DNA of 64,000 bases from Macrostomum lignano. Lineage: Eukaryota. The notes under the pieces were generated by a model. The model searched no databases. It was not told where the DNA came from and saw only the letters and a list, made by a program, of their open reading frames with translations. The first letter of the stretch is position 1; every line of letters starts with the position of its first letter. The translations under genes were made by a program, and so were the position numbers. Positions 33,517-46,139 of this stretch are shown piece after piece. The stretch is from positions 1 through 64,000 of the forward strand of contig NIVC01003577.1 in NCBI GenBank assembly GCA_002269645.1, given 5' to 3'.

Positions 33517-33526
33517 TGGTGGAGGG
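33517..33526 (+). promoter_or_regulatory. Polypurine tract
   Basis: TGGTGGAGGG directly before the 3-prime LTR. Confidence 0.65.
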
Positions 33527-33682
33527 TGTGACGGTGGACTTTTCTTTGTGCCACCCCATTTTTGATAAGTCTATAAATAGACCTGGTGCACGCCAGAGGG
33601 CGATACTTGTTTTCTTGGTTTTGGCTCAGTTAGGAGCCTTGGACAATCAATATCATTCTTATTTATTTAAAAGAATGCAACA
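33527..33682 (+). repeat. 3-prime LTR (156 bp)
   Basis: TGTGAC...TGCAACA followed by the TSD AAACA. Confidence 0.95.
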
Positions 33683-34139
33683 AAACATAAACAGCTGGGG
33701 CACATTACATTATCGTATTGTTAATTTAGTGTTCTGCTCAGACTCAACTACAAAACTCGAACTGCTACTCAACAGTAGTCAGTGAGTGCTTTCACAAGCC
33801 CACAGCTGGAAACTCCACGAGTTCTACGAAATGAGAACGGAGATGAGAGCACTGTGACATGATGATTTGGGAATTTGGCAGATCCAGAAACCAGGAGGCG
33901 AATTGCGAAATGAGTAGTTTAGAAATTCACTGAATCAACCGCTGGCCAGCTGATGGATGCCTTCTGAGGTAAACGAAGCCAACATTGATGACCTGCAGGC
34001 CTTCGAGGCTTCCTTCGATGCCCCTGCAATCGCAAAACTGAAGCAGAAACGTTTAAAGTTTGTCTCAAGTTTGGTTTTAATCAGAATACCAATGCAAAAA
34101 TATCTGAAGTCACAGGCAATACTCTAATGCAATCTCTAA

Positions 34140-35060
34140 ATCTGCCCTCCTCCCTTTCCTATCCCTCTCTCTTCCCTTCCCCATCTCCCCTCTCCTCCCT
34201 TCCCCATCTCCACTCTCCTCCCTTCCCTATCTCCCCTCTCCTCCCTTCCCCATCTCCCCTCTCCTCCCTTCCCCATCTCCACTCTCCTCCCTTCCCTATC
34301 TCCCCTCTCCTCCCTTCCCCATCTCCCCTCTCCTCCCTTCCCCATCTCCACTCTCCTCCCTTCCCTATCTCCCCTCTCCTCCCTTCCCCATCTCCCCTCT
34401 CCTCCCTTCCCCATCTCCACTCTCCTCCCTTCCCTATCTCCCCTCTCCTCCCTTCCCCATCTCCCCTCTCCTCCCTTCCCCATCTACACTCTCCTCCAAT
34501 CCCTATCTCCCCTCTCCTCCCTTCCCCATCTCCCCTCTCCTCCCTTCCCCATCTCCACTCTCCTCCCTTCCCTATCTCCCCTCTCCTCCCTTCCCCATCT
34601 CCCCTCTCCTCCCTTCCCCATCTACACTCTCCTCCAATCCCTATCTCCCCTCTCCTCCCTTCCCCATCTCCCCTCTCCTCCCTTCCCCATCTACACTCTC
34701 CTCCAATCCCTATCTCCCCTCTCCTCCCTTCCCCATCTACACTCTCCTCCAATCCCTATCTCCCCTCTCCTCCCTTCCCCATCTCCCCTCTCCTCCCTTC
34801 CCCATCTCCCCTCTCCTCCCTTCCCCATCTCCCCTCTCCTCCCTTCCCCATCTCCCCTCTCCTCCCTTCCCCATCTCCCCTCTCCTCCCTTCCCCATCTC
34901 CCCTCTCCTCCCTTCCCCATCTCCCCTCTCCTCCCTTCCCCATCTACACTCTCCTCCCTTCCCTATCTCCCCTCTCCTCCCTTCCCCATCTACACTCTCC
35001 TCCAATCCCTATCTCCCCTCTCCTTCTATGCTTTCCCTCTCTCTACCGTATCTCCTTTTT
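34140..35060. repeat. Polypyrimidine minisatellite (~23/46-bp units, CCCCATCTCCCCTCTCCTCCCTT)
   Basis: Direct reading; explains the ORFs at 34127-35098. Confidence 0.95.
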
Positions 35061-36192
35061 CCTACAATTTCAGCAATAAGCCACTGAAATGTTGCTGATA
35101 CGAAGAGATAAGAATTCAATTACGTTACTATAGTAAGTAGTATATCCATACCTTGTTACAATGCACACTATTTTACATTGGCTAACTTCTTTTGTAAAAC
35201 TGCAGATATTCTTTCAGAGAACAGTGAACCTGCATTGCGTTATGAGAAATTTAGACCAGCCGGGTGCAATATGTTTATATTGATCTGGACACTCAATTTA
35301 AAAATCAGAGTCCGTTAAATAACTTTTAATGCACAGATATCTAATTGATTTTTTGGAATGAATTTTCTCTCAGATGTTTTCACTATTTAAACTGAATAAA
35401 AATGTGGAAGACTTGGAAAAATCGTTTTTTGTAGAGGCTTAAAATGCTTTGTTGTCATGGATACAAAAAAGACGCCTTTTGTACGTGTTTTGTTCTTAGC
35501 CGTCTCTGAGTGTGTGCTCATGCTCATGGCCAGGACTAAAGCTCACTCGCTGCTCCATCAATTGGCTGTCTCCGCGGATGCCAAATGGATGGAGAAGCTG
35601 CAACTCAATCGGCAGCTTCAAGAGGCCTCTGATGCAGCGTGCAGTGTTGAGAGCAGTTTTTTGGTCAGCCACTCAATGCATTTTCTGCCTAATCTGCGGA
35701 TGGGATTTCCGTGGGATTAGGGATAATAGGGAAATTTTTTTGCTCACGACTTGCCAGCATCCGAAGGTGTGTTGTTGATGACGAATTGAATTTAATTTTG
35801 TTTCTGCAATGTACGTAGAGAGACTTGAAAATGCTCAAGTCCAGGTCGCTAGAAGGTCATGTCTGCACTCAGTCTTAAGAACAACTCATTTATCGCTTTA
35901 CCTCAAACAGCTGATGGCCTCTGTGTGCACTTCTGTCTCAAGACTCCGCCACTGAGCGGAATTCAAGAGTGAGTACAGGTGCGCTGCTCAGGACTGAAGC
36001 TTTATGCTTGCACTGTTTATTCTCGCAAACAATGGTAGGCATTGCAGTTCAGACTGTCTCTGCTCTCAGGCTCATTGGCTTTTTGTCTAGTCTTCTTTCA
36101 TGCAAAAGAAGAAGAAGACTTTACTTGCAGCAATTGTTGGCTTGCTGCATGCTGAAATGGCATTTCTTCTGCCTCATTTTTTGTATGATCCA

Positions 36193-36310
36193 CGGGGCCA
36201 ACCCCCAAGGCACAGAGGGTGTACATGCCTGATGGTTAGACAGTCAGGGCCACCGCTGTACACCCATTCTGAGCGTGTGTGAGTGCCTGCCTGCGTGCAG
36301 TATTGGCGCG
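36193..36310 (+). mobile_element. SINE body fragment
   Basis: GGGCCAACCCCCAAGGCACAG.G.GTGTACATG is shared with the SINE at 50609-50910. Confidence 0.65.
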
Positions 36311-36634
36311 TCTGTTAGCGCTCGGGAGTCAGCGGAATGGCAGAATTTTGCCCCAGAGCTGGTTGCGAGACCATGTCGCTGAAGGAGACCATGTCGCTGA
36401 AGGAGACCATGTCGCTGAAGGAGACCATGTTGTGGAAGGCGCTACGCCATTCTAAACTTCGCAATAGCAATCCGCCTCTCTCAAAGTTTGTCTCCTCTCT
36501 GCTCTCTTCTCTATAATCTCCTTTCTTTTCTCTTCTCTTCCTTCTCTCATCTCCTCTCAACTCCATTCTCTCTTCTTCCCTCTCCTCTCTTCTCCCCTAT
36601 TCCACTCTTCTCTCCTCTCTCACCTCTTCTCGCG

Positions 36635-36890
36635 TTAGATTTTCCATCTGGCCCTTGAGGTATAAAAGTGTACGAACGTACAAACTCCTAATCCCTGAAA
36701 AGCTTGCATAGGCTGGGGCGCAAGGCCTGTCAGGGAGGTCTGCTGAGCAGGCAGGAACTCGGGCAGCCAGGAATCGTGCAGGGACAGGTTGGGCCCGAGG
36801 TAGTTGAGCCGGTCTCGGTTGAAGGCCGGGCAGTGGCAGACGAAGTGCAACTTGGCATTTTCGTTTTCAAGGTTGCAGAAGGGGGCGGAG
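36635..36890 (-). mobile_element. 3-prime remnant of a non-LTR retrotransposon ORF2 (C-terminal Cys/His knuckle)
   Basis: PFCNLENENAKLHFVCHCPAFNRDRLNYLG matches the C..C..E.E...H....CP.....R...LG pattern of I/R1-group LINEs. Confidence 0.5.
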
Positions 36891-38339
36891 TTCGTTCCTG
36901 AGCTCTAAAACTCGTAGTTTTCATAGAACCTTTCTGCTGTCTCTAAGGTAGTATTAAAGGTAAATAGGCTGTTGTTTACGGCTTAAATCAGATATATTTC
37001 TTTTTTTAAGATTCTCTTTTTTAATCTGATGAACAGTTTCATTGATAAATAAAATATATTTCCTAAAATTCTTTATACGACATGTTTTTTCAACGTACGT
37101 CATGTCGGCATTTTTATCTACCTCAGCGGTCTGGTTTTCGAATTCCGCTCTTTTGAGAGCCATTAGAGGTCTTATGTTTGTCATTAAAGATTGCGTTCTG
37201 TATGTATGAAGCAACTGCATTCCGCCTTTAACATCTGTGACGAGCGAGTCACCAATGCGACCTGTTGCGTCGTCGGCAACTCCAGCTGGCAGGCCTCATC
37301 ATCCGCAATGAGACAGAAGGAGGTGCCTGCTTGGTGACTCACGGTGCCTCAGATTTTTATTTTCGTGCTCAGCTTTAATCGTGCCATGTCCCTGAATATC
37401 ACGTGTTCCCTAAACTAACGTTTTTATTTTAGAATCTACATGCCTATGAGATATTTGTGGAGAAATAACAAAAAAACGATTTTATCGATTAGATAAATAC
37501 GCAATATTTTTACAATCTAAATTTGCTCCACTAGAATATATGAAATGTTTGAGTTTAGAACTGAGATGTAGAGAGAGCCCTGAGAAGGCCGGGGATCTCA
37601 TTCCTGTCTCTGCCACTCCGAGGACAGCCTATACGGCTCGATGCTGACACAATGATATCTGAGTGGCTGTTTAAGGCTTGAACCTGGAAGTACGTGAGGG
37701 AGTGAGCTATAGGTGAGCTATAGGATTGAGTAGGATGGAGAAGAATGGGCTGTTAGCCAACCAGAATTATTGGTTCTGCATTTTGGCTCCTAAAATAAAT
37801 GCTGCATCACATAGAGGGGAAAGGGGAGGGGAGGGGAGGTTCGCCGCAAGCTCCCATTCGCCGAGGCCAGACAGACGGACAGAGACAGGCGGACAAGCGG
37901 CGAGAGGGCGATAGAAATGAGAAAGTTGCCATCGCCTGGCAACCCAGCCGGTTTCGCTGAGATGGTCCGCCACTTCATGAGAAGCTGAGCTAGGCGACCT
38001 CCTTTCCTCCATCGCCTTCTCTTCTTCAATTTTGCTGGCCGTACATCTTAGCCGTTGAATTGTCTGGAGCAGGCTGACAAGAGACGCGCTGTGAATCTGA
38101 CGTCACGCCTCTCCGGTTTCTTCCGATGCCCGTGGCCAGCGCTGCACGCCTGGACTGCCGCTGTTAACTGCAAGAGAGCCGCCTGCAATCAGTGTTCGCC
38201 TTGAAGCGATCCGTCCGTGATGTCCAATACAGGAGGACAGAACTCCACCACCAGGTCTATGGTGGCAAAGGTGAGTGGAAGTCTGTGCATTACCGGTTTG
38301 TGTAATTGATATTTCGGCGGAAAGGCGGAAAGACAGATC

Positions 38340-38472
<133 letters not shown>

Positions 38473-39089
38473 TATTGACTGAAAGAAACGTAAACTGAAT
38501 GAAAGCAATCAGATCCAATTTATCTTAAGTAAAAGTTCAACTGCTGCTGTGCTGTGTCTTTGTTCCCCCCAAGCTATGCTTTATTCTATCTGTCAATCAT
38601 TTCTCGAAAAAAAGAGAAATAAAAACTTACATCAATCGGTCTCTGTCTTTGGATTTTCATTTTCAATATAAATATTTTCGCAATCAAAGAATAAAAAACT
38701 ACATTAATATAGAGATTAAGTTTAAATATCCATCAATTGCTTTCACTTTCGAAGGCTGAACTGCAGTGTCTCTGCAGGTGCCAATAGGGTTGACAGAAGT
38801 GTTTAAACACGCGGTCCCACTGCCGCCTCTCTCTTTCCTCTGAGACCAGAGAATGCAGTGGATGGTGCTAGTCTAGCGATTAGTCTGTCATTTGCTTATA
38901 AAGTTATACGAGTACTAACTGCGTTCTGAATATGATTGACGTAGTCGTAATATCAACGTTCGATGAGCGTTATTAACCCATGTTAATGAGTGGGTCAAAA
39001 AGGGGATGTTACTGGCAGTTGTAGAAGTGTTTTGAGTGAGTAGCTAGTGAGTGTCTGATTGAGTGACTGAGTAACTCAGCTACTGTGTT

Positions 39090-39341
39090 GCTGAGTGAGG
39101 GACTGATTGACAGAGTGAATGACTTAGTGAGTGAGTAAGAGACTAAGTGAGTTTCTGAGTTAGGTATTGAGTGGCTGAGTGAGTGATTGAGTTACCGAGC
39201 TGCCGGCTGAGTTTTTGATTTGCTGAGTGAGGGACTGATTGACAGAGTGAATGACTTAGTGAGTGAGTAAGAGACTAAGTGAGTTTCTGAGTTAGGTATT
39301 GAGTGGCTGAGTGAGTGATTGAGATACCGAGCTGCCGGCTG
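39090..39341. repeat. ~120-bp direct duplication (period 132)
   Basis: GCTGAGTGAGGGACTGATTGACAG... at 39090 and 39222. Confidence 0.9.
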
Positions 39342-40082
39342 ATGGTATGTAATACCATCGCTGAGCACTTCTCTGTCGTTAACTCGTGGATTAGAAATTT
39401 TGATGACGAGTTTGCGATTGCGAGGTCCTGTGTGCGAATGCTGCATGTGCTATTTTACTTTCCCTGTGAGCTGCAGGACCTGCATGTCATCCACTTTTCC
39501 TTCTTATGAGAGTTTTGAGCTGGTAGCTGAGTCTTCAAAGTGCGTCCCGACTCTGAGTGAGACTCTGAATAATTTATTCAATTGGAGACCGGATCTCGGA
39601 GCAGCTTTTCTCTCTTCCTCGCTTCCTGCTAAAAAAACCCTGATCCCACAGCAACTCGTATATTTGTTCTCCTGCTGTACTCATGGGTAGGTCTCGGCGG
39701 GCTAAGGTAAATTTAGATTTTCAGAGGCCTGAATTAAGAGTAGAATTACCGATAGTCGCTGGGGGAGACGGACGGACTTTTCAACGGATTCAGTGTCATT
39801 TCCTGCTGTGGCCCTAATAAAATATTTGTCAACGCATCTGGCATTGACTGACTGACGCTCTCTGTGTGTTGGCAGTAAAAACTTATTTTGATGATAACGG
39901 CCAATTGTCAATAGAAATTGGACGCGTTCTGCGTTCTGAGTTTTGCTTTCCTAATCAAGACAGAACTGGAGTTTTATTGTCCCAGGTGTGCTGTGCCAGT
40001 GGTTTGGTGTGGCAGTCCTACTGAATGTGCTGAAGTTGTTTTTAATCAAATTGTAATGTTGTTTCAATAATGTTTTGGTAAC

Positions 40083-40510
40083 CCTGATACCTGTTCTGGT
40101 TACCATGATACCTGTTCTGGTTACCATGATACCTTTTCTGGCACCTTGATACCTGTTCTGGTTACCATGATACCTGTTCTGGTTACCATGATACCTGTTC
40201 TGGTTACCATGATACCTGTTCTGGTTCCCTGATAACTGTCCTGGTTCCCTGATACCTGTTCTGGTTCCCTGATACCTGTTCTGGTTCCCTTATACTCGTA
40301 CCTGTTCTGGTTACCATGATGCCTGTTCTGGTTTCCCTGATACCTGTTCTGGCACCTTGATACGTGTTCTGGCACCTTGATGCCTGTTCTGACACCTTGA
40401 TACCTGTTCTGGCACCTTGATACCTGTTCTGGCACCTTGATACCTGTTCTGGCACCTTGATACCTGTTCTGGCACCTTGATACCTGTTCTGGTTCTCTGA
40501 TACCTGTTCT
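40083..40510. repeat. 20/21-bp minisatellite GATACCTGTTCTGG(TTACCAT/CACCTT)
   Basis: Direct reading. Confidence 0.95.
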
Positions 40511-41124
40511 GATATTCTCAGAACATACATGTAATCTGGCTTACAGGTAACTGAATATTTGCCTAATGGCCACAAACTTTTATTTTCCCACTTGGATAGT
40601 GGCGCACCTTCTACTACACTTGATTTGATCGTCATACTAGAAGTGTATCGGGAGAAGAATAAGAACACTTTCTTGTTTCTGAGTCGTCACAAGGTTTCAT
40701 AGATGCTCTTAGCTAACTGACCGGTCTAATTAAGAAACTGGACAATTATTTTATCAAGAGAACCTGCTGTTGAAATACGCTTGTATTCACCATTTCTAGA
40801 GTGTTTTTCTCGCACCTGAGTCCAATCAATTTGCTTTTTCTTTTCTGCATGTTCCGTCTAAACAGTTCCAGCAATTGATCTGGGGACAAATGGCCAGTAA
40901 GTGATGAAGCCCTTCTGTGATTAATTCAAGTCGACTTGATGTCGCTAAAATGCAGCTGCTACCGGATATTGCATTCAAATTTAATTGATAGTTGAATTGA
41001 CATCTGCCATCTCTTTACTTGAGTGTTTTCGACGGTTGCCTGTCCGGCGGATCGGGAAGGATTTTTAGTCAGAAGAGTGAAGTGCAAAGCTGGTTGCAAA
41101 GCTCGCCTGGACGCAGTGGGACCA

Positions 41125-41225
41125 GAGCTGAGAGGCAATATTCTGCCCATTCCTCTGACGAGTACAGCGGCCCTGACTTTCTAATCGTCAGAGATGTACA
41201 CTTCTGTGCCTAAGGGGTTGGCCCC
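41125..41225 (-). mobile_element. SINE body fragment with internal deletion
   Basis: Reverse strand reads GGGCCAACCCCTTAGGCACAG..GTCAGGGCCGCTGTAC..GGAATGGGCAG. Confidence 0.6.
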
Positions 41226-41689
41226 ATGATTTTTTTGTTGAGATTTTCGTCCTTCACTTCCAGCAGCATGTGTTGATCGCAGTATAATACCAGTTCTCTT
41301 GCTACATTACTTTCTACTTTTCAATTGTCCAATGGCTAATCCATGCTTTAGCTATCAGACCTCAGAAAAACTGATTGATTGACTGATTGATTGATTGATT
41401 GAGTTGACAGGGCATGGGAAGTCGGAAACAGCGAGGCCTGTGGGATTCAACTAGGGCAGAGTGCGTGAACGGTTCTTCTGTCCTTCCGGAAAGAAAAGCT
41501 GCTTGAGTAGGTAAACATCCTGTTAATGATAAGTTAGTAGTAGACTTAGCATTTGTTTAGTCGGAAATTTTTGTCTGGCGACAAGGTAGCTTGAAACAGA
41601 ACACACCTGGGATGACATTTATCTCCTAGGATGAGATTCATTGGGTGAAGTTTTTACTCTATCAGTAATTTTATGGGGTGTGATTTCAG

Positions 41690-42082
41690 TTCTATCAGTG
41701 ATTTCAGAGGTGAGACTTCAGGGGTGAGAGTTCAGTTCCATCAATGATTTTAGGGGTGAGACTTCAGGGGTAAGAGTTCAGTTCCATCAATGATTTCAGA
41801 GGTGAGAGTTCAGTTCTATCAATGATTTTAGGGGTGAAAGTTCAGTTCCATCAATGATTTCAGGGGTGAGAGTTCAGTTCAATCAATGATTTCAGGGTGA
41901 GAGTTCAGTTCAATCAATGATTTCAGGGTGAGAGTTCAGTTCAATCAATGATTTCAGGGGTGAGAGTTCAGTTCAATCAATGATTTCAGGGGTGAGAGTT
42001 CAGTTCAATCAATGATTTCAGGGGTGAGAGTTCAGTTCAATCAATGATTTCAGGGTGAGAGTTCAGTTCCATCAATGATTTC
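41690..42082. repeat. 28/29-bp minisatellite GAGAGTTCAGTTC.ATCAATGATTTCAGGG(G)T
   Basis: Direct reading. Confidence 0.93.
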
Positions 42083-42931
42083 GCACCTTCTACCAACGAG
42101 AGCTCTCTTAGACTCTTCCAAGAAATAAGCCACGCTCGGAGCCTACAAGCCGGTGGACACCAGATTTGGATGAATTAAAGAACTAGAAATCCCACCTGCA
42201 TATTTCGGAAATTCTCAAATCCTCATCTGCTTTCTCGCACCAGCAACTGCACCCACAACCAGGTGTTGTCTGACAAAAAAGTATTTTTTCTCTGCTTAAA
42301 ATTTTACTCCCTTTCCTTTTTCATCTCATTGTCAGTCGCAGGAAGCAGCTGAGCCCAGCAGAGTCGGTTTGGGAGAGAATCCAGCTCCATCTCTGCTCTC
42401 AGATTCTCAAAGCTCCTCTCGTTTTTCAACGCTGCCCCTCTATCCATGCCCAACCAAAGAAGGAAATCTGCATTCGTCAATGCGCTCAGATTAACAATTG
42501 AGAAAGAGCAGACCGCCTTCCCTTGAAAAAAAGCCGGAGCTGGTGCAGCATCGCATTGTGGGGGGGGGAGGCACTCTGACTCGCATTCACTCGCTCTCTG
42601 TTGCCAAGGCCTCAGCTGTGTGTGCGTTGGGCGGATGGCGCATGTAAGGCCGCACTTTTTCCACACGGCGAGGCCATCCATCTAAGGGATTTGGCCGTCG
42701 TGTCTTGGCGCCGCGGCTTCTCTCAGACCCACCCGCATTGCTCAGCGTCATCCCGCAGCCGGTGTGAGCAGTTGCTCAGGCTCGCATCAGGATAAGCGTC
42801 CTAGGCTGCATCAGCACTCTGCACTATTGTACGGAATGCTAGCGCCTGTGCTATTTAATACGCATGGAGATTATAAGTTCATTAGGTACGTTTTCATATA
42901 AAAATGGGAATTAAGCCAGGTTAGTTCAGAG

Positions 42932-43525
42932 GTGATGGCTGCCGGGAGAGCTTGATGGCTGCCGGGAGAGCTTGATGGCTGCCGGGAGAGCTTGATGGCT
43001 GCCGGGAGAGCTTGATGGCTGCCGGGAGAGCTTGATGGCTGCCGGGAGAGCTGTGATGGCTGCCGGGAGAGCTTGATGGCTGTCGGGAGAGCTGTGATGG
43101 CTGCCGGGAGAGCTTGATGGCTGCCGGGAAAGCTGTGATGGCTGCCGGGAAAGCTGTGATGGCTGCCGGGAGAGCTTGATGGCTGCCGGGAGAGCTGTGA
43201 TGGCTGCCGGGAGAGCTTGATGGCTGTCGGGAGAGCTGTGATGGCTGCCGGGAGAGCTTGATGGCTGCCGGGAGAGTTGTGATGGCTGCCGGGAAAGCTG
43301 TGATGGCTGCCGGGAGAGCTTGATGGCTGCCGGGAGAGCTTGATGGCTGCCGGGAGAGCTGTGATGGCTGCCGGGAGAGCTTGATGGCTGCCGGGAGAGC
43401 TTGATGGCTGCCGGGAGAGCTTGATGGCTGCCGGGAGAGCTTGATGGCTGCCGGGAGAGCTTGATGGCTGCCGGGAGAGCTTGATGGCTGCCGGGAGAGC
43501 TGTGATGGCTGCCGGGAGAGCTGTG
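42932..43525. repeat. 20/21-bp minisatellite GATGGCTGCCGGGAGAGCT(T/GT)
   Basis: Direct reading. Confidence 0.95.
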
Positions 43526-44774
43526 ACGCAAGTAGGTTTATAGAAATAACGTTTTTTCGTGTTGAAACTCACGGCATTTCTATGTTATCCCTTGTGCTTA
43601 ATAGTGTGCACTGGTACGTATCAAGCACTCAAAATGTGCTGTAAACTTAGCATTTGGAAGCCATAAATAGAAAATTGAGACAACGGGTTTGCACCTAGAA
43701 AGCTCGTAGAGTTGAAGCCGAGTGCAGTAAGCAGAAATTCAAACGGCACTCTTGAAACCGGTTGACGGGTTTTAATATCCGCCGCCTTAAATAACGCACG
43801 GCGGGTCCCGGCTGCCTCGCCTCACCTGAGCTCCAGCCCGTCTGCTCAGGCTGAGAGAGACGGGGAAGACTGCAACGGGCAGAGAAATTAGTTGGAGGTA
43901 AAACTGGGAAGCGGAGCAAAGAGTGGACTTTTAGCAGCTCTGCTGGCTGGGGAACAATAGGCGGAGGGAAGCTGAATGCATGTAGCTGGGCCTAAGTAGC
44001 TATTGAAGGCCTTACACGTTCTACTTTATTTACCTGGCTGCCAGCCTGAAGACTGTCTGAAATCAATTGTTTTCAGGCCAACGTGTAATGGCATAGAAAA
44101 CTTTACTTTTTCCCACCCTATCGGCTATCGATGACTGCAGCGTGCCTGTGACGTGACAGGCTCCTCCAGCCTTGCAGCAGCGTGGCGTCATTACCAGCGG
44201 ATTGGTGGATGAAAGTGAGGTTTGAAGAGTTGAGAAGGAGCACCTGAGTATTTAGCTGGGATGGCTGCTGCTCCAGTTGGGTGGCCTCTGTATGGGGATT
44301 CGCGAAATTAAAATATTGATTAATTGAGGGTGAAACTGCTGGTCCAGGCTCAGAGAAGCAGGAAAATTAATAGTGCATTTCAGGTGAAAGCTTTCAAGAA
44401 AGTATCCAAAATTTTCAATAAATTTCACAATCGGTTTTTTAGAAAGTAAATCTACCAATTTATTTATAAAGTTGGCTGATCAATGGTTTATACCTGAATA
44501 TAAATCCGCTGGCTTCGTGACTGCATTGGCCCAGACTTTGCAGCATGAATTATTTTGTGCCGGAAGTACTGGCAGCAACTTTGATGAGTTTAGTGGTTGT
44601 TTCTGCCTAAAAGTGCAGACAATCCAAAGCGCTTACCCACTCACCCACTGGAAAAACCATATAAAATGATGATGCATTAAAAAACTTGAAAAAAAAGTTT
44701 GCACTGACAAATCTCCAAAAAGCATAGAAGCTGCTCCACCGCTGGGACCCAGTTTGAAGGGTTTTTCACCAAAT

Positions 44775-44965
44775 TGACGTCCTGTGCGCACCCTGATGCA
44801 CTTCTAGCGACATTGTCACACAGCCGGCGAGAGGCATTACTGAGCAAGCAGCACACAAACGCGCGGATACGTACGGCAGTCACACGCACAGGGCGCACAC
44901 TCACACAGGAGTGTACAGCGGCCCTAACTTTATTAATCATTAGACAAGTGCACTTCACTGTGCAT
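44775..44965 (-). mobile_element. 5-prime-truncated SINE copy
   Basis: Reverse strand reads GCACAGTGAAGTGCAC...TAATGCCTCTCGCCGG.TGTGTGACAATGTCGCT..AAGTGC..CAGGGTGCGCA, as at 50609-50910. Confidence 0.75.
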
Positions 44966-45789
44966 TTGCACTTGTTGGAATAATTCTAATCTATGAATTT
45001 ATCATCAGGAACTTCGTTTGAGCCTCACAGCTGAATACCAGAGTTCTTAGCTAACAAAATTTAGTTTTCAAGGCTTTCTTTCTGTCAGATCTTGCAAGGC
45101 ACCAGCATCCAGGCACGTTTGTCTGAGTAATATTCAGATTTTCAATCAACGTGGCGCTCCCATAGGTCCTTCGTTGCTGAAGTCTTTGAATTTTGAATCG
45201 TTATTCTTGAGCACTAGATTATTAGAAGATTTTTTTATTAGCTTCGCCGTTAATTATAAATAAAACTGCCAGACTAGTTGGCTGAAAATTTAATTTTTGC
45301 AGCTCGCAATTTAATTGGAAACCAAGCCCCAATTTCAACGGCATTTCGAGGCTGCTGGACCGATGAAGGCACTCTAATCTGTTATTAGGAATTATTTTAA
45401 ATTGCTTTTATTTTCTGGGCCAGGGGTTCAACAATAGATCTGCAGAATTGAAGGCTGTTTTTTTGCTTTTAGCCGCAGCAGCCAAGCATTGTTTTGCTGC
45501 AGAGAGTCTGACGGCGAATGGAATTGTTACCAATTTATTTATCGTCATCGGAGAGAAAGAGGGGAGTTATGGGGGAAGGTTAAGCGTCTAGGAGGGCAGC
45601 AGTGCAGAAGGAAATAAGCAGTGGATGGATACAGAATTTAAAACGCACTCAAGGCTTTTGCAAAATCACCTTGTTATCTTCTTTGATTGACAAATTTTTT
45701 ATGCACTTGTCAACATCAAAATTACTGAAAAAAATATGTGTAAATGGCAGTAAGTTGTAAAACTTCAGTAGTGCTAGGTGACAAATGAA

Positions 45790-46095
45790 ACTAAGGACGC
45801 CGAAATGGCACTAAAAGTAGCTGAAATGGCACTAGAGATCACTGAAATTGCACTCATAGACGCCGAAATGGTACTGAAGGTCGCTGAAATGACACTAATA
45901 AACGCCGAAATGGCACTAAAGTCGCTGAAATGGGCACTAAAAGTAGCTGAAATGGGCACTAAAAGCCCCCGAAATGGCACTAAAAGTCTCCGAAATGGCA
46001 CTAAAAATAGCTGAAATGGCAACAAAAGTCGCTGAATTGCATTAATAGACAGCAAAATGGCACTAACAGACGCCGAACTGGCACTAATAGTAGCT
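45790..46095. repeat. Degenerate ~21-bp minisatellite (GAAATGGCACTAAAAGTAGCT)
   Basis: Direct reading. Confidence 0.88.
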
Positions 46096-46139
46096 AACAG
46101 TAGCTAAAAGGCTAGTCTCGAAATGAAAATCCCTGACAG

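Larger units (their letters stand above)
22075..33682 (+). mobile_element. Gmr1-like Ty3/Gypsy LTR retrotransposon with an internal Polinton block replacing the protease region
   Basis: TG..CA LTRs at both ends; 5-bp TSD AAACA at 22070-22074 and 33683-33687; PBS; gag; pol with INT upstream of RT and RNase H. Confidence 0.95.

Noticed and set aside
34127-35098. Pro/Ser/Leu-rich and Gly/Glu/Arg-rich ORFs here and at 62746-63628
   Set aside because: Open frames arise trivially in purine/pyrimidine repeats that lack stop codons.
42871-43572. Repetitive ORFs here and at 48670-49386, 52847-53771, 58349-59349, 60425-60628 and 61370-61903
   Set aside because: All are mini- or microsatellite translations with no domain motifs.
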